Positions 62,968 to 64,000 of a stretch of DNA of 64,000 bases are shown here, in pieces (position 1 is the first letter of the stretch; each line of letters opens with the position of its first letter). Below the pieces are notes generated by a model. That model was not told the origin of the DNA, ran no database searches, and worked only from the letters and a program-made list of their open reading frames with translations. The position numbers were made by a program, and so were the translations under genes. Origin of the DNA: Bdellovibrionales bacterium Ga0074137 (GTDB taxonomy: Bacteria > Bdellovibrionota > Bdellovibrionia > Bdellovibrionales > JAMPXM01); the NCBI GenBank assembly GCA_001464715.1, contig LNDT01000018.1:19625-83624 (forward strand), given 5' to 3'.

Positions 62968-64000
62968 TGGCGGCTCCGTTCTGATTCCGGTCTGTGTGAT
63001 ATCTTGCTTCGGCATAACGTTCAATTCCTTTGGCAATGATCGTTCGAGTTCGCTCACAGTAGGCCTGGTCGACCTTGTGTTTATTTCCTGTTTTCACTTT
63101 ATTGACGTGCATACAGCCGCCGCCGCAGATGTGGCGGGCCCAGCACGTGTTGCAACCGCTTTTCTCGACGAGAGGCTCTTGAAATGTCGTGAACTTCGGA
63201 TTTTGTGGAGAAAGATCAAGTGTCGTTCCCTGGCCCAGTATTTCGTCAGCTTGGCCTACGAACCACTGACAAGCCGTGAAGCGGCCATCGGTGTCGAGCT
63301 GCAAGTGATTCTTTCCCGCGAGGCAGTGGTTCTCGACCCGAAGCCCACTATCGAGTGTTTCAAAGAGATGGTTGAAGGTGTGAAGTCTTCGAAGTTCGGT
63401 CTCTCCGCCGCGAAGAAACGCCAACTCGGCCACGTCCACAACGCCTTGAGCGAATCGTCGCGACGCGAATTCATCACCGGCTTCGGCCGCAAAGTCGAAT
63501 TTCATCGAGTCAAACGGAAGCTCGGAGAGAAACTTCCAAGCGGCGACGACATTCAAATTGTGGGAACCAAAAACGGCACCTGCAGTGAGCGATCCCAAAC
63601 GATCTTTCACTTTGATGAGCTCGGCCAATCCCTTTAAAATCATAGCACTTGATCCACGTCCCGATTTTGTGAGGCGCGCGCGGTCATTGTCTTCCGGCGC
63701 ACCGTCGATCGACACAGTGACGTTCGCTTGAAGTTTTGCCAGGAGCTCTGCGATTTCAGGCGTAACGAGAGTTCCGTTGGTCACGATATCGAAACGAAGT
63801 TTGATATCGCGGCCGACAACGAGAAGTTGAGCCTCTCTCGCCAGAGACGAAATTAATTCTGGAACCAAAAGTGGTTCGCCGCCCAAAAACGTGATGGCAA
63901 AGCGTCCGCCCGTGGGCACTTTTTCAAGAAGCATCGCAAGCTGTAAGCGTGTGCGTTCAAGTTCGGGAGTTTTAATTTTCGAACCATAGGTTCCGTCGCC
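62954..64000 (-). CDS. radical SAM protein with a C-terminal SPASM domain (5'-truncated by the window edge)
   Basis: The frame is open to nt 64000. ITFLGGEPLL and IVTNGTL are radical-SAM core strands. SPASM cysteines: C-x20-C (HCLAGK...RFTAC), then CNTCWARHICGGGC, then AYC. The CxxxCxxC cluster would lie outside the window. Confidence 0.85.
   Translation of the reverse strand, partial: GDGTYGSKIKTPELERTRLQLAMLLEKVPTGGRFAITFLGGEPLLVPELISSLAREAQLLVVGRDIKLRFDIVTNGTLVTPEIAELLAKLQANVTVSIDGAPEDNDRARLTKSGRGSSAMILKGLAELIKVKDRLGSLTAGAVFGSHNLNVVAAWKFLSELPFDSMKFDFAAEAGDEFASRRFAQGVVDVAELAFLRGGETELRRLHTFNHLFETLDSGLRVENHCLAGKNHLQLDTDGRFTACQWFVGQADEILGQGTTLDLSPQNPKFTTFQEPLVEKSGCNTCWARHICGGGCMHVNKVKTGNKHKVDQAYCERTRTIIAKGIERYAEARYHTDRNQNGAASEIH

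Noticed and set aside
62876-63637. 253-aa plus-strand ORF opposite the radical-SAM gene
   Set aside because: The minus-strand frame carries the complete SPASM cysteine pattern. The plus-strand product has no motifs.

Overview
This 64-kb window looks like chromosomal DNA from a diderm bacterium. The gene content (many secreted proteases and cell-wall enzymes, motAB, sigma-54 signalling, roughly balanced GC) is reminiscent of Bdellovibrio-like predators, but that is inference only. I support about 55 protein-coding genes. I saw no rRNA, tRNA, CRISPR array, transposase or integrase. Housekeeping blocks are rsmD-coaD-aminotransferase, pal-DUF4398-cpoB-tsaD-rsmA-smpB, ileS-lspA-lgt, ssb, rluB, dsbD, motAB and ychJ. 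Envelope and secreted enzymes include PBP4 (dacB), two SLT-type lytic transglycosylases, an L,D-transpeptidase-like lipoprotein, an S8 protease with a giant partner, and a 1054-aa HExxH protein. Signalling modules are a possible Hpt protein with an HK, an RR and a possible PilZ protein at 0.3-3.8 kb, and a CHASE2 HK with a sigma-54 activator at 59-63 kb. The most unusual signals are these. (1) A two-copy element of about 135-141 nt (8428-8561 and 21094-21234) has a conserved 80-nt core closed by a perfect 27 or 31-bp stem. The stem sequence differs between copies, and internal helices also show compensatory changes. Each copy sits just after a stop codon and is followed by a T-rich tract and arrays of the palindrome GTTCGAAC. 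(2) That palindrome and its 15/16-mer context are strongly over-represented and recur in intergenic DNA and inside an HNH endonuclease gene. (3) A 5'-truncated radical-SAM/SPASM gene is followed by a small Ser/Thr/Gly-rich ORF and the CHASE2 HK/sigma-54 pair. (4) A second LspA paralog is fused to two extra TM helices and a HAMP domain. (5) Several translationally coupled operons pair known envelope enzymes with large proteins of unknown function. All functional calls rest on motif recognition by eye. No database search was possible.
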